From: Candidatus Berkelbacteria bacterium
Lineage (GTDB): Bacteria; Patescibacteriota; UBA1384; 2-12-FULL-50-11
DNA length: 46,879 nt
Assembly: GCA_024654065.1 (NCBI GenBank)
Contig: JANLIQ010000017.1
Coordinates: 1-46,879, forward strand
Reading direction: 5' to 3'
The notes under the pieces were generated by a model, which saw only the letters and a program-made list of their open reading frames with translations, ran no database searches and was not told the origin of the DNA. A program made the translations under genes and the position numbers. Numbering within the stretch: position 1 is the first letter of the stretch; each line of letters opens with the position of its first letter. Of this stretch, positions 26,094 through 35,075 are shown piece after piece.

Positions 26094-26465
26094 TTATCAG
26101 ATAAGGGAAAGGGGCTTTGCTAATGTGAAACTCACATTGCGAAGCCCCTTTGGGAAGTCGGGTCAGACATCTCAACGAATCGTCGTTGGATTATCTGCTA
26201 GCGGTAACGCCGCTAGGCGTTTCTCCGTAAAAGGAGCGTTGCCACTGGTACCAGGTAGATTTCGTGGCGCTAACCTGCCTGGGTTCGATGTCGAGATGCC
26301 CGAGTCCGGGCGACCTCGTCTCGAACACTTACAGACTAACAGCAATAACAGGAATGTCAAGGATCTATCGGATAAAAAAAGCCCGCCGTGCCGTGATGGC
26401 CGTGCGGGTAGACGCTTCACGGTCGGCTAAAAGGTGAGACTCACCTCCTGACCGCCGATTTCGAG
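26094..26465 (+). ncRNA. rnpB: probable RNase P RNA (bacterial type A-like, reduced); ends uncertain
   Basis: A long P3-like hairpin (26108-26151) is followed by GGGAAGUCGGGUC (compare GGAAAGUCCGGGC). A P8-like hairpin has a UAACG loop (26198-26216) and a P9-like CUCCGUAAAAGGAG follows. CGGGUAGACGCUUCACGG (26405-26422) resembles the L15 region. Two crossing long-range helices are present. Confidence 0.5.
26374..26409 (-). terminator. intrinsic terminator of the GC-rich orphan gene
   Basis: On the minus strand a GC-rich hairpin is followed by U7 (plus-strand A7 at 26374-26380), 18 nt after the stop codon. Confidence 0.6.
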
Positions 26466-26906
26466 TGTGGTACGCGAGCGTTTCCAGAGCCAGATTTCCG
26501 AGAACGCTGTCGGCCAACCTTGTCTCCGTTGCCAGGAATGCTGGGCGGTGAAGTTGACGACCAGTACCTTTTTCGGGCTGTGAATGAACGCGAAGAGCTT
26601 CGCCTGTAGTTCCCACCGATCGCAATTCGATCGGATGATCATATCCTCACCGAAGTCGGGGAATTGTTCGCTAAGGGTGCCGGTAGCCCAACAACCCCCT
26701 TCCTTTAGAGGCCAGTTGACGGTGACCCCAAGCGGACTGCCCGTTGAAAACGTGAAGGTCGGACATTCGGCGTGATAACCGCCATTAGCCAGCCCGGCTA
26801 GAAAGTCGAACGTGGCCTGTTTCCAGTACTTGCCGTCGTACTCCCAACGACCAAAACAGGATAGTGTCGCAACGGCCGTTTGCTCTGAAGATGTAAGTTT
26901 CATCAT
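26427..26906 (-). CDS. GC-rich orphan protein, Trp-rich, unknown function
   Basis: ~57% GC. GGGGGA lies just upstream of the tandem ATGs at 26906/26903. The track start at 26939 is less likely. No motif recognised. Confidence 0.5.
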   Translation of the reverse strand: MMKLTSSEQTAVATLSCFGRWEYDGKYWKQATFDFLAGLANGGYHAECPTFTFSTGSPLGVTVNWPLKEGGCWATGTLSEQFPDFGEDMIIRSNCDRWELQAKLFAFIHSPKKVLVVNFTAQHSWQRRQGWPTAFSEIWLWKRSRTTLEIGGQEVSLTF

Positions 26907-27065
26907 GGTCCCCCATGGCTTTCGCGTGCACAATGTCAACGGAGATATTCCGTCGAGAGGTCAGGCGATAAGTAGCGCCATGCTAGCGGAAAGACGGCAA
27001 AAAGTCAAGAGACTAGCTCAATAAGTTGTTATCGTTTGCCGCTAGGGGCTACTAATAGTCAAAAA

Positions 27066-28295
27066 TTACTGGCGCAATTTTCGTCTAATGAAGCTGGGTA
27101 CATCCAGCTCATCTTCGTCGGCTGGCTCTTCCTTCATCTCTGGTCGGTTGTGGTTCTTGGTGACGAAGGTATTATCATTTGGCTCAATTTCGGCTGGAAA
27201 TGTTGGTTGCGGTTGAGCCGGAGCCTGACGACCAAAGAAAGGAATACTAGAGACTGTTGGTGTTTGTGGTACAGAAAGTGTTGCACCGAAGCTTCCTGGT
27301 TCTTCGCTACCGAAACGACCTCTCTGTTTAGGAGCTGGCTTAACGATTTCGTTTTCAAAACCAGTTGCAATAACAGTTACTTTTATTTCACCAGACATAG
27401 ATTCATCTACGGTTGCACCAAAGATAACGTTGGCTTCTGGATCAGCTGCTTCTGTAATGGCCTTAGAGACTTCCTCTACCTCGTACATAGTCATATCTGG
27501 TCCACCGGTGATGTTATAGAGTATGCCCCGTGCCCCATCTATGGATAGCTCAAGTAGTGGTGAGTCGATTGCTTGGCGGGCTGCTTCTATTGCCCGGCTC
27601 TCACCAGATGCTCGTCCAATACCCATTAAGGCTGAACCAGCATCTTTCATAATTGTTCGAACATCAGCAAAGTCGACGTTGATAATAGCCGGTACGACAA
27701 TGATCTCAGAAATTCCCTGAACACCTTGGCGTAAGATATCGTCGACGATGCCGAAAGCATCAGTCATCGAAGTTTTCTTGTCGATAACCTGTAATAAGCG
27801 GTCGTTGGGGATGATAATTAAAGTGTCAACTTTCTCGCGTAATTCTTCGATACCCAGTTCGGCAACTTTTTTGCGTCGCAAACCCTCAAAACTGAATGGC
27901 TTTGTAACAACTCCAACGGTTAGAGCTCCAAGTTCTTTAGCGATTTGAGCGATCAACGGCGCTGCCCCAGTTCCGGTACCGCCGCCCATACCTGCAGTGA
28001 CAAAAACCATATTAGCCCCCTTGAGGACTTCATAGATTTCGTCTTTATTTTCTTCGGCAGATTTGCGTCCGACTTCAGTGTCGCTACCGGCGCCTAAGCC
28101 CTGGGTCGACTCTTTGCCGATTTGCACCTTAATCGGTGCGGGGTTACTGGAAAGTGCCTGAGCATCAGTATTTATAGCAATAAACTCAACTCCTCTAACT
28201 CGAGCGGCTATCATACGAGAAACGGCGTTGCCGCCGGAGCCTCCGATACCACAAACCTTAATACTGGCGAAGGTGTCGAGTGTGTCTTTATTCAT
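27066..28295 (-). CDS. ftsZ: cell division protein FtsZ
   Basis: Contains the [10 protein letters not shown] tubulin signature and a C-terminal DVPSFIRRK peptide. Confidence 0.95.
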   Translation of the reverse strand: MNKDTLDTFASIKVCGIGGSGGNAVSRMIAARVRGVEFIAINTDAQALSSNPAPIKVQIGKESTQGLGAGSDTEVGRKSAEENKDEIYEVLKGANMVFVTAGMGGGTGTGAAPLIAQIAKELGALTVGVVTKPFSFEGLRRKKVAELGIEELREKVDTLIIIPNDRLLQVIDKKTSMTDAFGIVDDILRQGVQGISEIIVVPAIINVDFADVRTIMKDAGSALMGIGRASGESRAIEAARQAIDSPLLELSIDGARGILYNITGGPDMTMYEVEEVSKAITEAADPEANVIFGATVDESMSGEIKVTVIATGFENEIVKPAPKQRGRFGSEEPGSFGATLSVPQTPTVSSIPFFGRQAPAQPQPTFPAEIEPNDNTFVTKNHNRPEMKEEPADEDELDVPSFIRRKLRQ

Positions 28296-28338
28296 CTATT
28301 TATATGGGGTTGTTTTATTTTATTAAGCGTAACTTAGA

Positions 28339-29577
28339 TTAATTACTAAAATTTCGTAGAATCCCACGAAATCGGTCAAATAACCCCCCCATTTTTCCGA
28401 AATCGTAGCGTGTATTACCATGCCCGGATTGATTCTCTTCTACTCCCCAGAGAACCAGCCCAACGGCGCAAGCGTAAATCGGATTATCAAGCTTGTCAAG
28501 CATGCCCGAAAATTGAGCAATGGGAAAACCAACAGTGGCCGGTAGTCGAAGCTCTTTACGGGCCAGCTCAGTTAGGCCTTCTATATCTGATCCACCGCCT
28601 GTGAATACGGCACCAGCAGGCAGTAGAGCATCTTTCCCGATAGCCTGTAATTGCTCTCTAATTAAATGAAAAATCTCGGCAACGCGAGCTTCTATAATTT
28701 CACAAATTTGTCGACGAGAAACTTTTTCGTCCTCTGCCGGGTCAAGCGATGAAAGATTAATCGTTTCAGATTCGCGGATTTTTTCGGGTAGTACAGACCC
28801 GTACTTAGTTTTAATTGCTTCGGCAACGTCAAGGTTGGTTCGTAAACCAATCGCGATATCATTTGTAATATGCATCGATCCAACAGGTAATGTCGCGCAG
28901 TGGATCAGCTCCCCTTCTTCGTAAACGGCAAAGTCAGTCGTACCTGCACCAAGATCAATTACAACTACGCCAGAGTCACGCTGTTTCTTTGTAGTCAGAG
29001 CCCGAGCGGTTGCAAGGGGTGCATAAACTAGACCATCGATTTGGACACCGGCCTGCTCAACAGTTTTTATCAAATTACGTAATGCTGCCGAGGAGGCACT
29101 AATAATCAAAGAATCCACCTCGAGGCGGATTCCATTCATCCCTATTGGGTCACGGATTTCATCCTGGCCATCAACAGTAAAATGGTGGGGAAAAGTATGG
29201 ATTAACTCTCGGTTCTGAGGTAAGGCGATGGTTTTAGCGGCATCGATCACGCGACCTACGTCTTCGGATTGAATTTCGCCGTTAGGTCGAGCTACTGCCA
29301 CCACTCCTTTGGCCGGTTGAGCCAGAACATGGGATCCATTAATAGAAACATAGGCGTGAGTTAAGGGAAAACCAGACATTTTTTCTGCTTCTTCCAGGGC
29401 TTGAGAAAGAGCGCTAACTGTTTCTTCGATATCTACTATCATCCCCTTCTTCATCCCGCCGTGACCTACTGAGGTTACACCCATTAAAGAAACTACTCCT
29501 TCAGTAATGCTACCAACACAAACAGCAATTTTAGAGGCTCCGATGTCGAGGCCAACAACTAACGGATCCTTTGCCAT
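28339..29577 (-). CDS. ftsA: cell division protein FtsA
   Basis: Actin-fold motifs are present (VGLDIGASKI, VIDLGAGTTD). Located immediately upstream of ftsZ. Confidence 0.92.
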   Translation of the reverse strand: MAKDPLVVGLDIGASKIAVCVGSITEGVVSLMGVTSVGHGGMKKGMIVDIEETVSALSQALEEAEKMSGFPLTHAYVSINGSHVLAQPAKGVVAVARPNGEIQSEDVGRVIDAAKTIALPQNRELIHTFPHHFTVDGQDEIRDPIGMNGIRLEVDSLIISASSAALRNLIKTVEQAGVQIDGLVYAPLATARALTTKKQRDSGVVVIDLGAGTTDFAVYEEGELIHCATLPVGSMHITNDIAIGLRTNLDVAEAIKTKYGSVLPEKIRESETINLSSLDPAEDEKVSRRQICEIIEARVAEIFHLIREQLQAIGKDALLPAGAVFTGGGSDIEGLTELARKELRLPATVGFPIAQFSGMLDKLDNPIYACAVGLVLWGVEENQSGHGNTRYDFGKMGGLFDRFRGILRNFSN

Positions 29578-29593
29578 TTCCCTCCCAAAGTAC

Positions 29594-29959
29594 TCATCTG
29601 TGGCTGAAGTCTAGTAAGTGAAGTAATCCGTGGCCGGCAAGCATCTTAACTTCGTCAATTAGTTTAATGCCAGCGATTAGGGCTTGTTTAGTAGCGGTAT
29701 CAAGACTAATAGCAATCGAACCAGTAAGGTCTTCTATTTTGCCCTCATAAGGGAAACTAAGCACGTCGGTTGGCTCATTAATTCCAAAAAAACGTTGTTT
29801 CAGTGCTTTAATCTCCTTGTCGGTTACTAATGATATCTCTACCTTTACTTTACCAACCGCTTTCAGGCGTAGCAAGATAGCGAGCAGATGCTGCTCGATT
29901 TCTTTTTGGTCTAGAGAAATATTAGTAGAGTTTTGCCAGAGTACAGATAGCTCGGCCAT
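29594..29959 (-). CDS. ybeY: rRNA maturation RNase YbeY
   Basis: Contains a HGLLHLLDFSH zinc motif. Start is taken at MAELSVLW so it does not overlap the upstream gene. Confidence 0.85.
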   Translation of the reverse strand: MAELSVLWQNSTNISLDQKEIEQHLLAILLRLKAVGKVKVEISLVTDKEIKALKQRFFGINEPTDVLSFPYEGKIEDLTGSIAISLDTATKQALIAGIKLIDEVKMLAGHGLLHLLDFSHR

Positions 29960-29960
29960 T

Positions 29961-30407
29961 TCAGCCGTTCTGGATCTGGTCACGTAAAATTTTTGAAACA
30001 AGACCCATATCTGCCTGACCCTTGAGTTTAGAGCTCAAAGCCCCCATTGCAGTACCCATTTGACTGATGTCTGTCGGATTAGATGAAAGGTATTCAGCTA
30101 TAACAGCCTTGATCCCCTCTTCACTCATCTGCTCAGGTAAGTATTTTTTTAAAAGTTCGGCTTCGGAGGCTTCGTTTGCTGCTAAGTCTGGTTTATTAGC
30201 CTGCTTAAAGAGAGTTTCGGCTTCTATACGCTTTTTTACTTCTTTTTGGATTAGGGAAACAACCTGTTCATCAGAAAGCGCTTGGCCAGCTTCAATTTCA
30301 GCATTTTTGATACTAGATTTAAGCAAACGTAGAGTATCACGCGAAAAGTTATTACCAGACTTGAGGGCTGTAGTTAGTTCAGTCTCTATTTGTTCGATCA
30401 AAGCCAT
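29961..30407 (-). CDS. GatB/YqeY domain protein
   Basis: 148 aa with typical YqeY sequence (ALKSGN..RDTLRLLKS..EAGQALSDEQ). Confidence 0.8.
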   Translation of the reverse strand: MALIEQIETELTTALKSGNNFSRDTLRLLKSSIKNAEIEAGQALSDEQVVSLIQKEVKKRIEAETLFKQANKPDLAANEASEAELLKKYLPEQMSEEGIKAVIAEYLSSNPTDISQMGTAMGALSSKLKGQADMGLVSKILRDQIQNG

Positions 30408-30604
30408 TAGAAAGTTCGGAAAGCTCTTCGGCGGACTGCTCTAGCTTGAGCGGACTGGCGGCGTTTAAAACGAGTTGGTTTCTTCTCAAAAAATCTACGT
30501 CGTTTTATCTCAGTCATGATCTCTGACTGTTGGACGTCACGGAAAAAACGTCGTAATACGACTTCTACGGGTAGGGCTCTTTTTTCTTCGCTGTATTCAG
30601 CCAT
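30407..30604 (-). CDS. rpsU: 30S ribosomal protein S21
   Basis: 65 aa and basic. Contains the FEKKPTRFKRRQS motif. Confidence 0.85.
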   Translation of the reverse strand: MAEYSEEKRALPVEVVLRRFFRDVQQSEIMTEIKRRRFFEKKPTRFKRRQSAQARAVRRRAFRTF

Positions 30605-30673
30605 TAGTTTTTAAATTGTAGCAGGAATTGGTGCGAAAGTTAAGAGATTCTGTGGATGCAGGGGGCTGATCAC

Positions 30674-31225
30674 CTACCTTCTGACACCAAACTTCAGGGC
30701 TACAAGCGTATCATATCCTTGGGTGACACGATCGGCTTCGGTCACACCTAATCGCTGAAGAAACTTAAATAATTTGTTTTGAGTTTCTTCAGGATTATTG
30801 TCGGTGACCGATAGTTCTTCTAGCTCGATAAAAGTACCCAAGTCTTCAACCTCGTCAACGCAAATCTCTATTCCGTGATAATCCGCTTTTTGCCGTTGCT
30901 TCTTTACCTCTACTGATAGTTTGTACTCAAGCGCTTCCAGTATTCTGGTAAGGGCGTCCGGGTCAACGACAGCTGTCTCCTCCGTTTGAACAGCTAGCTC
31001 GTTGACTCCGGAGCGTTTGAGCGCTAAAACAGCTTGGTTATTTTCTTTACGAATTCGCAGAAAGTTAGTATCTGGTTTGAATATTGTGATTTCCTCGAGA
31101 TCCTTCGGCGAAAATATCAGATCGTGTTGATAGGTGGGCTCTGATAGCTTTATCCCAAGTGACCCTAATCTTGCAAACAGCAGTCCAGGATTTGTTACTC
31201 TCGCCTTTACCTCAATCTCATTCAT
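30674..31225 (-). CDS. CYTH-domain protein (class IV adenylate cyclase / triphosphate tunnel metalloenzyme)
   Basis: N-terminal ExExK motif (EIEVKARV). 183 aa. Confidence 0.75.
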   Translation of the reverse strand: MNEIEVKARVTNPGLLFARLGSLGIKLSEPTYQHDLIFSPKDLEEITIFKPDTNFLRIRKENNQAVLALKRSGVNELAVQTEETAVVDPDALTRILEALEYKLSVEVKKQRQKADYHGIEICVDEVEDLGTFIELEELSVTDNNPEETQNKLFKFLQRLGVTEADRVTQGYDTLVALKFGVRR

Positions 31226-31778
31226 GCTCTAACTCATTAGCTAAATCTTGAAAATTGATAGCTGATCTCACCTGCCCTGACTCGGCTTTGGTGAGGGATC
31301 GCGTCTGCTCTAACAGCTCTTGAGCGGACGTCAAGCCGATGCCTAACCCATTCGGGCGGGTGTAAAGCGTGACGTGAAACGGCTGAGTCGGTATTTCTAT
31401 ACCCAGAGCTTTACGCATACCTACAAAGAAATTCTCTGTACCGTTGGTTTTGCACATGATTATCACAGTCTTTTTCTCACGTTCTTCGGCAACCCGAAGC
31501 TCATCCATAAAGTCGCTGACACTAGTTGGTTCTTCAGTAAGCAAACGACCTGATTCCTCGAGAATCTCCTCTTCCGCTTCTTCGAGCGAGGTACCCTGCT
31601 TCTCCGCTAAGATTGGCGCGTATTTCTTGACCGACAGTATACTCATATGAAATTCTGGTTTGGCAACTAACCTCTCCCCATCGACCTCTACTTCAGGCGA
31701 AATGTGTAGTAACGGTAGCTCTAGGCCAACATAGCCGCCCGCATATCTATAACCTTCCGGAAGGTTCTCTATGCTCAT
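31218..31778 (-). CDS. 2H phosphoesterase superfamily protein (LigT-like)
   Basis: Contains two H-x-(S/T)-x motifs, FHMSIL and FHVTLY. Start chosen at the ATGA overlap with the upstream stop. Confidence 0.6.
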   Translation of the reverse strand: MSIENLPEGYRYAGGYVGLELPLLHISPEVEVDGERLVAKPEFHMSILSVKKYAPILAEKQGTSLEEAEEEILEESGRLLTEEPTSVSDFMDELRVAEEREKKTVIIMCKTNGTENFFVGMRKALGIEIPTQPFHVTLYTRPNGLGIGLTSAQELLEQTRSLTKAESGQVRSAINFQDLANELEHE

Positions 31779-32224
31779 TTTTGACCCCAATCAAGCAGCT
31801 CGGTGAATCGAATGTAATAGCCGTAAGGGTCGGACATACGAAAGTCTTTCCAGGTTCTCTTACCATCGCCCTTCTCTTTCAATTCCTGGACGACGTTGTC
31901 TTTTAGATCTTTAAGCACCTCTTCGTAAAAGGCGTGAATTTCCTGAACTGGAATTGTCAGCGATATGGCATAACCTCGCGGAGTATTCTTATCGAATTGT
32001 TTGAAATATGACTGATCGTAAACTCGTTCATCGTCTCCGTAGAAATTTATCATAGTATCACCGAGCGGGTCCCCTCTTTGCATAACCATGTAGCCGGGAT
32101 ATTCTCCCTTAACATCTTCCGATATTATTTCAAAACCAAGTTTTGAATAAAAATCCTTAACCGGAGCAAACTCCGGCACATGAAGCTCGATAATTAGATT
32201 GTTTGCAATCGGTACTTCTGCCAT
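31775..32224 (-). CDS. VOC/glyoxalase-bleomycin resistance family protein
   Basis: 149 aa with beta-alpha-beta-beta-beta module-like sequence. It is the first gene behind repeat copy 1. Confidence 0.6.
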   Translation of the reverse strand: MAEVPIANNLIIELHVPEFAPVKDFYSKLGFEIISEDVKGEYPGYMVMQRGDPLGDTMINFYGDDERVYDQSYFKQFDKNTPRGYAISLTIPVQEIHAFYEEVLKDLKDNVVQELKEKGDGKRTWKDFRMSDPYGYYIRFTELLDWGQK

Positions 32225-32230
32225 TACCCA

Positions 32231-32259
32231 ATTCTACTCCTGAACCTAGAAATGTCGAG
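32231..32259 (-). repeat. 29-bp cassette promoter element, copy 1
   Basis: Minus strand reads CTCGACATTTCTAGGTTCAGGAGTAGAAT: TCGACA, 16 nt, TAGAAT. The ATG at 32224 follows 6 nt later. Confidence 0.8.
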
Positions 32260-32280
32260 CCACTCTGCTATTGTTAGGGC

Positions 32281-32697
32281 ATGGATGATTTTGTCGGTGT
32301 AAAAATCGCGTTACTTACTTCGGACGAAAAGTTGGTTGTATATTTAAGGGACAATAAACCCGACATAAATTTTCCTGGACTATGGGACTTCCCTGGTGGG
32401 GGTCGCGAGGGTAACGAAACCCCGACAGAATGTATTGTGCGTGAAGTCATGGAAGAATTCGGAATCAAGCTAAGAGCAAGTGGTCTTACCTTCTCTAGGA
32501 CTTTTCCTGCGATGAACGATGAAACTAAAACGGGATACTTCATGGTTGGCAGAGTATCTCAAAAAGATATTGACTCTATTAAATTCGGCAGCGAAGGTCA
32601 GCGGTGGAAGCTGATGGGGATAAAGGAGTTTATGGAAAGTGATGAAGTCGTCGAACCGTTAAAGAATAGGCTCGACTCCTATCTGTCCGCACTGTGA
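32281..32697 (+). CDS. NUDIX hydrolase
   Basis: Nudix box GGGREGNETPTECIVREVMEEFGI. Confidence 0.85.
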   Translation: MDDFVGVKIALLTSDEKLVVYLRDNKPDINFPGLWDFPGGGREGNETPTECIVREVMEEFGIKLRASGLTFSRTFPAMNDETKTGYFMVGRVSQKDIDSIKFGSEGQRWKLMGIKEFMESDEVVEPLKNRLDSYLSAL

Positions 32698-32710
32698 GGT
32701 TGTGCTCAAG

Positions 32711-32727
32711 GGTCCAAAAATGTCGAG
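32711..32727 (-). repeat. truncated copy (5' half only) of the cassette element, copy 2
   Basis: Minus strand reads CTCGACATTTTTGGACC, directly abutting the SGNH stop codon. The -10 half is absent. Confidence 0.6.
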
Positions 32728-33267
32728 TTATGTCCGTAGTATTTTCACGATCTCGTTTATTACCGTTCCATACCCCAGGTCATTAAAATGGATTCCATCT
32801 TCTTCGTGGTAGTCCTGGCCTGAATCTAGAATCTGTCTGAATACCGCGGGGTCGATGTATCTGATGTTGTTTTGGATAAGCACATTTTTTATTGCCTCAG
32901 CATATTGTTTGATTGTGGCGTTGGATCTTTGCTTTTTCAATTCCTGCCGATCTTCGTCAATTGGCGGCGGTAGCAGGAAAATCATTACCGAACCACTAAA
33001 GTCTTCAATAATTTTTTTAACGTTTTCAGCGACGGTCGCGATCTCTAGTTGTTGCCATGTTGAAGAGTCGTTCGTACCGAAGGAAAAAACCACAACCTCG
33101 GGCTGGAGTCGAGCGATGTAAGGCGCCTTGACGACTCCGTCATTAGTATCCCAGCCACAAGTGGCGCAGTTATAAACTTGATAACCAGTATTATTTTCCA
33201 GCGTTGAGACGTCAGCTTTGTGAAAATTGGCAATCAAGCTGTCGCCAAAAAGAATTAATTTCTTCAT
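32728..33267 (-). CDS. SGNH/GDSL hydrolase
   Basis: N-terminal LILFGDSLI (GDS block). The DGIHFN block is near the C-terminus. Confidence 0.8.
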   Translation of the reverse strand: MKKLILFGDSLIANFHKADVSTLENNTGYQVYNCATCGWDTNDGVVKAPYIARLQPEVVVFSFGTNDSSTWQQLEIATVAENVKKIIEDFSGSVMIFLLPPPIDEDRQELKKQRSNATIKQYAEAIKNVLIQNNIRYIDPAVFRQILDSGQDYHEEDGIHFNDLGYGTVINEIVKILRT

Positions 33268-33426
33268 CTAGAAATCCACCTCGATAACTTCTGGAGTGCT
33301 CTTGTAGTCACGAAGACGAGCCCACTCCCATTGCGTTCGCTCCGGGGTGTGGCGATGCATGAGGAGCAATCTGCCTTGTGGATCTAAAATAATACAACCA
33401 GCCAGGCGAACGGATAGGTCAGACAT
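33268..33426 (-). pseudogene. N-terminal NUDIX fragment (52 codons)
   Basis: MSDLSVRLAGCIILDPQGRLLLMHRHTPERTQWE resembles a Nudix N-terminus but ends before the Nudix box. The rest of track ORF 33268..33576 is antisense noise over the hydrolase gene. Confidence 0.45.
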
Positions 33427-33967
33427 CACCATAAATTGTTTTAATGTAGTCCAGTAGCTCGGGAATAGTTGCTTCGTTGACGAAGTGCTTTTTGTTTTTA
33501 AGCTTGAGTACTTTTGGTTGAAGCTTGCTGGCAATAAACTCAAATTCAGTCTGTGGAATATATGGGTCGGCATCATCGTAAATTAAAGCAATCTTCTCTT
33601 GATTGACTTTTATTGCTGACCAATCCCACGGCTTGTCGTAGTAGCCGCTCTGTTTTTCGAGCTCGTCGTCCAAATCCGTACAGCTAGGTGATATTAAGAC
33701 CGAACCTTTTATCTTATGATTTTCGGCGTAACGCATCGAAGCTGTACCGCCCGATGACCAGCCAACTAAAACATCGTCTTTACCAACTTTGACGTGATTT
33801 TCGAGAAAAGGTAACCAGTACTCGGCTCTAGCGATTACTGAATCTGGCATCGTTTCGAAGAATGTCGGGAAGCCTAGTTTTTCTAGTTCCATTTTCAACC
33901 ATTCACCAAAAGCAAACGACCAATGGGTTGCGTGATTGCCATGGATGAAGATTATTCTTGGTTTCAT
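33419..33967 (-). CDS. alpha/beta hydrolase (YdeN/RBBP9-like serine hydrolase)
   Basis: Contains IIFIHGN and the nucleophile elbow GWSSGG. 182 aa. Confidence 0.7.
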   Translation of the reverse strand: MKPRIIFIHGNHATHWSFAFGEWLKMELEKLGFPTFFETMPDSVIARAEYWLPFLENHVKVGKDDVLVGWSSGGTASMRYAENHKIKGSVLISPSCTDLDDELEKQSGYYDKPWDWSAIKVNQEKIALIYDDADPYIPQTEFEFIASKLQPKVLKLKNKKHFVNEATIPELLDYIKTIYGDV

Positions 33968-34554
33968 TTCTTTCTTGCTAATAGCCAGGCGGGCTCGGGA
34001 ATGAAAGTTATTTCCGACCAGGTGTCGATCTCGTGCTCGGTAAAATCGTAATACTTTTGGTAGGCAGTTTCGACGCTACCGTGCAAGGCATCTTTCCAGT
34101 CAAAACCAAGCTTGGTCGCCAAATCTTTAATCTCTGATTCGTTCGGCGCTTCTAGCTCGACAAATGCTGGGATCAACGGCCAGGTGTCGATCGTAATTTC
34201 ACAATTTCCAAGCGTCCACTTCTCTCTTTTAGTCTCTTGGTAGGATTTCTGAACTAGACCGATTGCCTTAAGTAGGTCAACCGTTTTCTCGAAGTCCCCT
34301 ACCGTTGTCTCGATCTCTTGCGTTCCGTGAAGAGTGCGATCATTCAGCTGTTTATACGAGAAAGTGATCTTGTCTCCTTCGTCACGAACTCGGATCCAGC
34401 CACCAATTTCTTTTAGTCGCGAATCTGGGTAATCAAAAACACAGCGACGCATCTGACGCTCGGCATGAACGAGTTTGGCACTGATCGCTCTCAACCGGTT
34501 CCGCAGTTTGTCGGCAACAACATCCAAGAACTTAGCTTCAACTTCTACTTGCAT
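33964..34554 (-). CDS. CYTH-domain protein, second copy
   Basis: N-terminal ExExK motif (VEVEAKF). ATGA overlap with the hydrolase gene. Confidence 0.7.
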   Translation of the reverse strand: MQVEVEAKFLDVVADKLRNRLRAISAKLVHAERQMRRCVFDYPDSRLKEIGGWIRVRDEGDKITFSYKQLNDRTLHGTQEIETTVGDFEKTVDLLKAIGLVQKSYQETKREKWTLGNCEITIDTWPLIPAFVELEAPNESEIKDLATKLGFDWKDALHGSVETAYQKYYDFTEHEIDTWSEITFIPEPAWLLARKK

Positions 34555-34560
34555 TACTCA

Positions 34561-34589
34561 ATTCTACTCCTGAACCAAGAAATGTCGAG
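34561..34589 (-). repeat. 29-bp cassette promoter element, copy 3
   Basis: Minus strand reads CTCGACATTTCTTGGTTCAGGAGTAGAAT. It starts right after the upstream TAA, and the ATG at 34554 follows 6 nt later. Confidence 0.8.
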
Positions 34590-34979
34590 TTACTTACGAA
34601 TCTTTGGAATTAGCTCTTGTGGGACTTTGTGCACTTCTACTTTTCTGAGGCCCATAACACTTGCTTTCATCAACCGATGAAGGCCGTCAAGAATCAGCCA
34701 ACGGTCTCGCCACCGCATTATATCGATCGGGTGTGATAAATCGGCATTGGCCACTCGTTCATGCTCGTCGTAATATTGATCGGGGCTGTCCAGGACCTGG
34801 CTTGACTTTAAATCGTAATAGCCATTTGGTTTTGTCCAGAGAAACGGTATGTCAAAATGCCAAGCCAGCTCTTTGATGTCCATTCCCTCAACTGGCAAAT
34901 CTAGTGCCCAAACTTTAGGTTCGTCCCAATCAAAGTCAAACCCCACTTCTTTGATTATCGCAGGCATTTGTCGATCCAT
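34590..34979 (-). CDS. ParB-like nuclease (ParB/Srx fold) domain protein
   Basis: Contains WLILDGLHRLMKA, matching the ParB N-terminal DG-x-HR motif. 129 aa. Confidence 0.6.
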   Translation of the reverse strand: MDRQMPAIIKEVGFDFDWDEPKVWALDLPVEGMDIKELAWHFDIPFLWTKPNGYYDLKSSQVLDSPDQYYDEHERVANADLSHPIDIMRWRDRWLILDGLHRLMKASVMGLRKVEVHKVPQELIPKIRK

Positions 34980-34985
34980 ATCTAG

Positions 34986-35014
34986 ATTCTACTCCCGAAC
35001 CAGGAATTGTCGAG
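34986..35014 (-). repeat. 29-bp cassette promoter element, copy 4
   Basis: Minus strand reads CTCGACAATTCCTGGTTCGGGAGTAGAAT. The ATG at 34979 follows 6 nt later. Confidence 0.8.
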
Positions 35015-35054
35015 TTAAGAACAGAAAGTGACCACCGAATCCCTTTCGGTGGTC
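35015..35054 (-). terminator. intrinsic terminator of the GC-rich orphan at 35076..35639
   Basis: Minus strand reads GACCACCGAA-AGGGA-TTCGGTGGTC followed by ACTTTCTGTTCTT. Confidence 0.65.
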
Positions 35055-35075
35055 AGGAAAAAGTTCTTGGCGCTG

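Noticed and set aside
25986-26430. Cobalamin riboswitch or NrdR boxes upstream of nrdJ.
   Set aside because: The GCCACUGG and ACCUGCC strings are on the plus strand, which is the wrong orientation for nrdJ. B12 riboswitches normally control B12-independent isozymes. No 16-bp NrdR palindromes are present. The plus-strand RNase P-like reading explains the region better.
25777-26430. 217-aa plus-strand and 82/86-aa minus-strand ORFs over the nrdJ 5' end and the structured RNA.
   Set aside because: They run antisense to nrdJ or through GC-rich RNA. Their composition is Arg/Ser/Gly/Pro-rich, as expected for chance ORFs in GC-rich DNA.
27036-27548. 170-aa plus-strand ORF.
   Set aside because: It is antisense to the unambiguous ftsZ gene.
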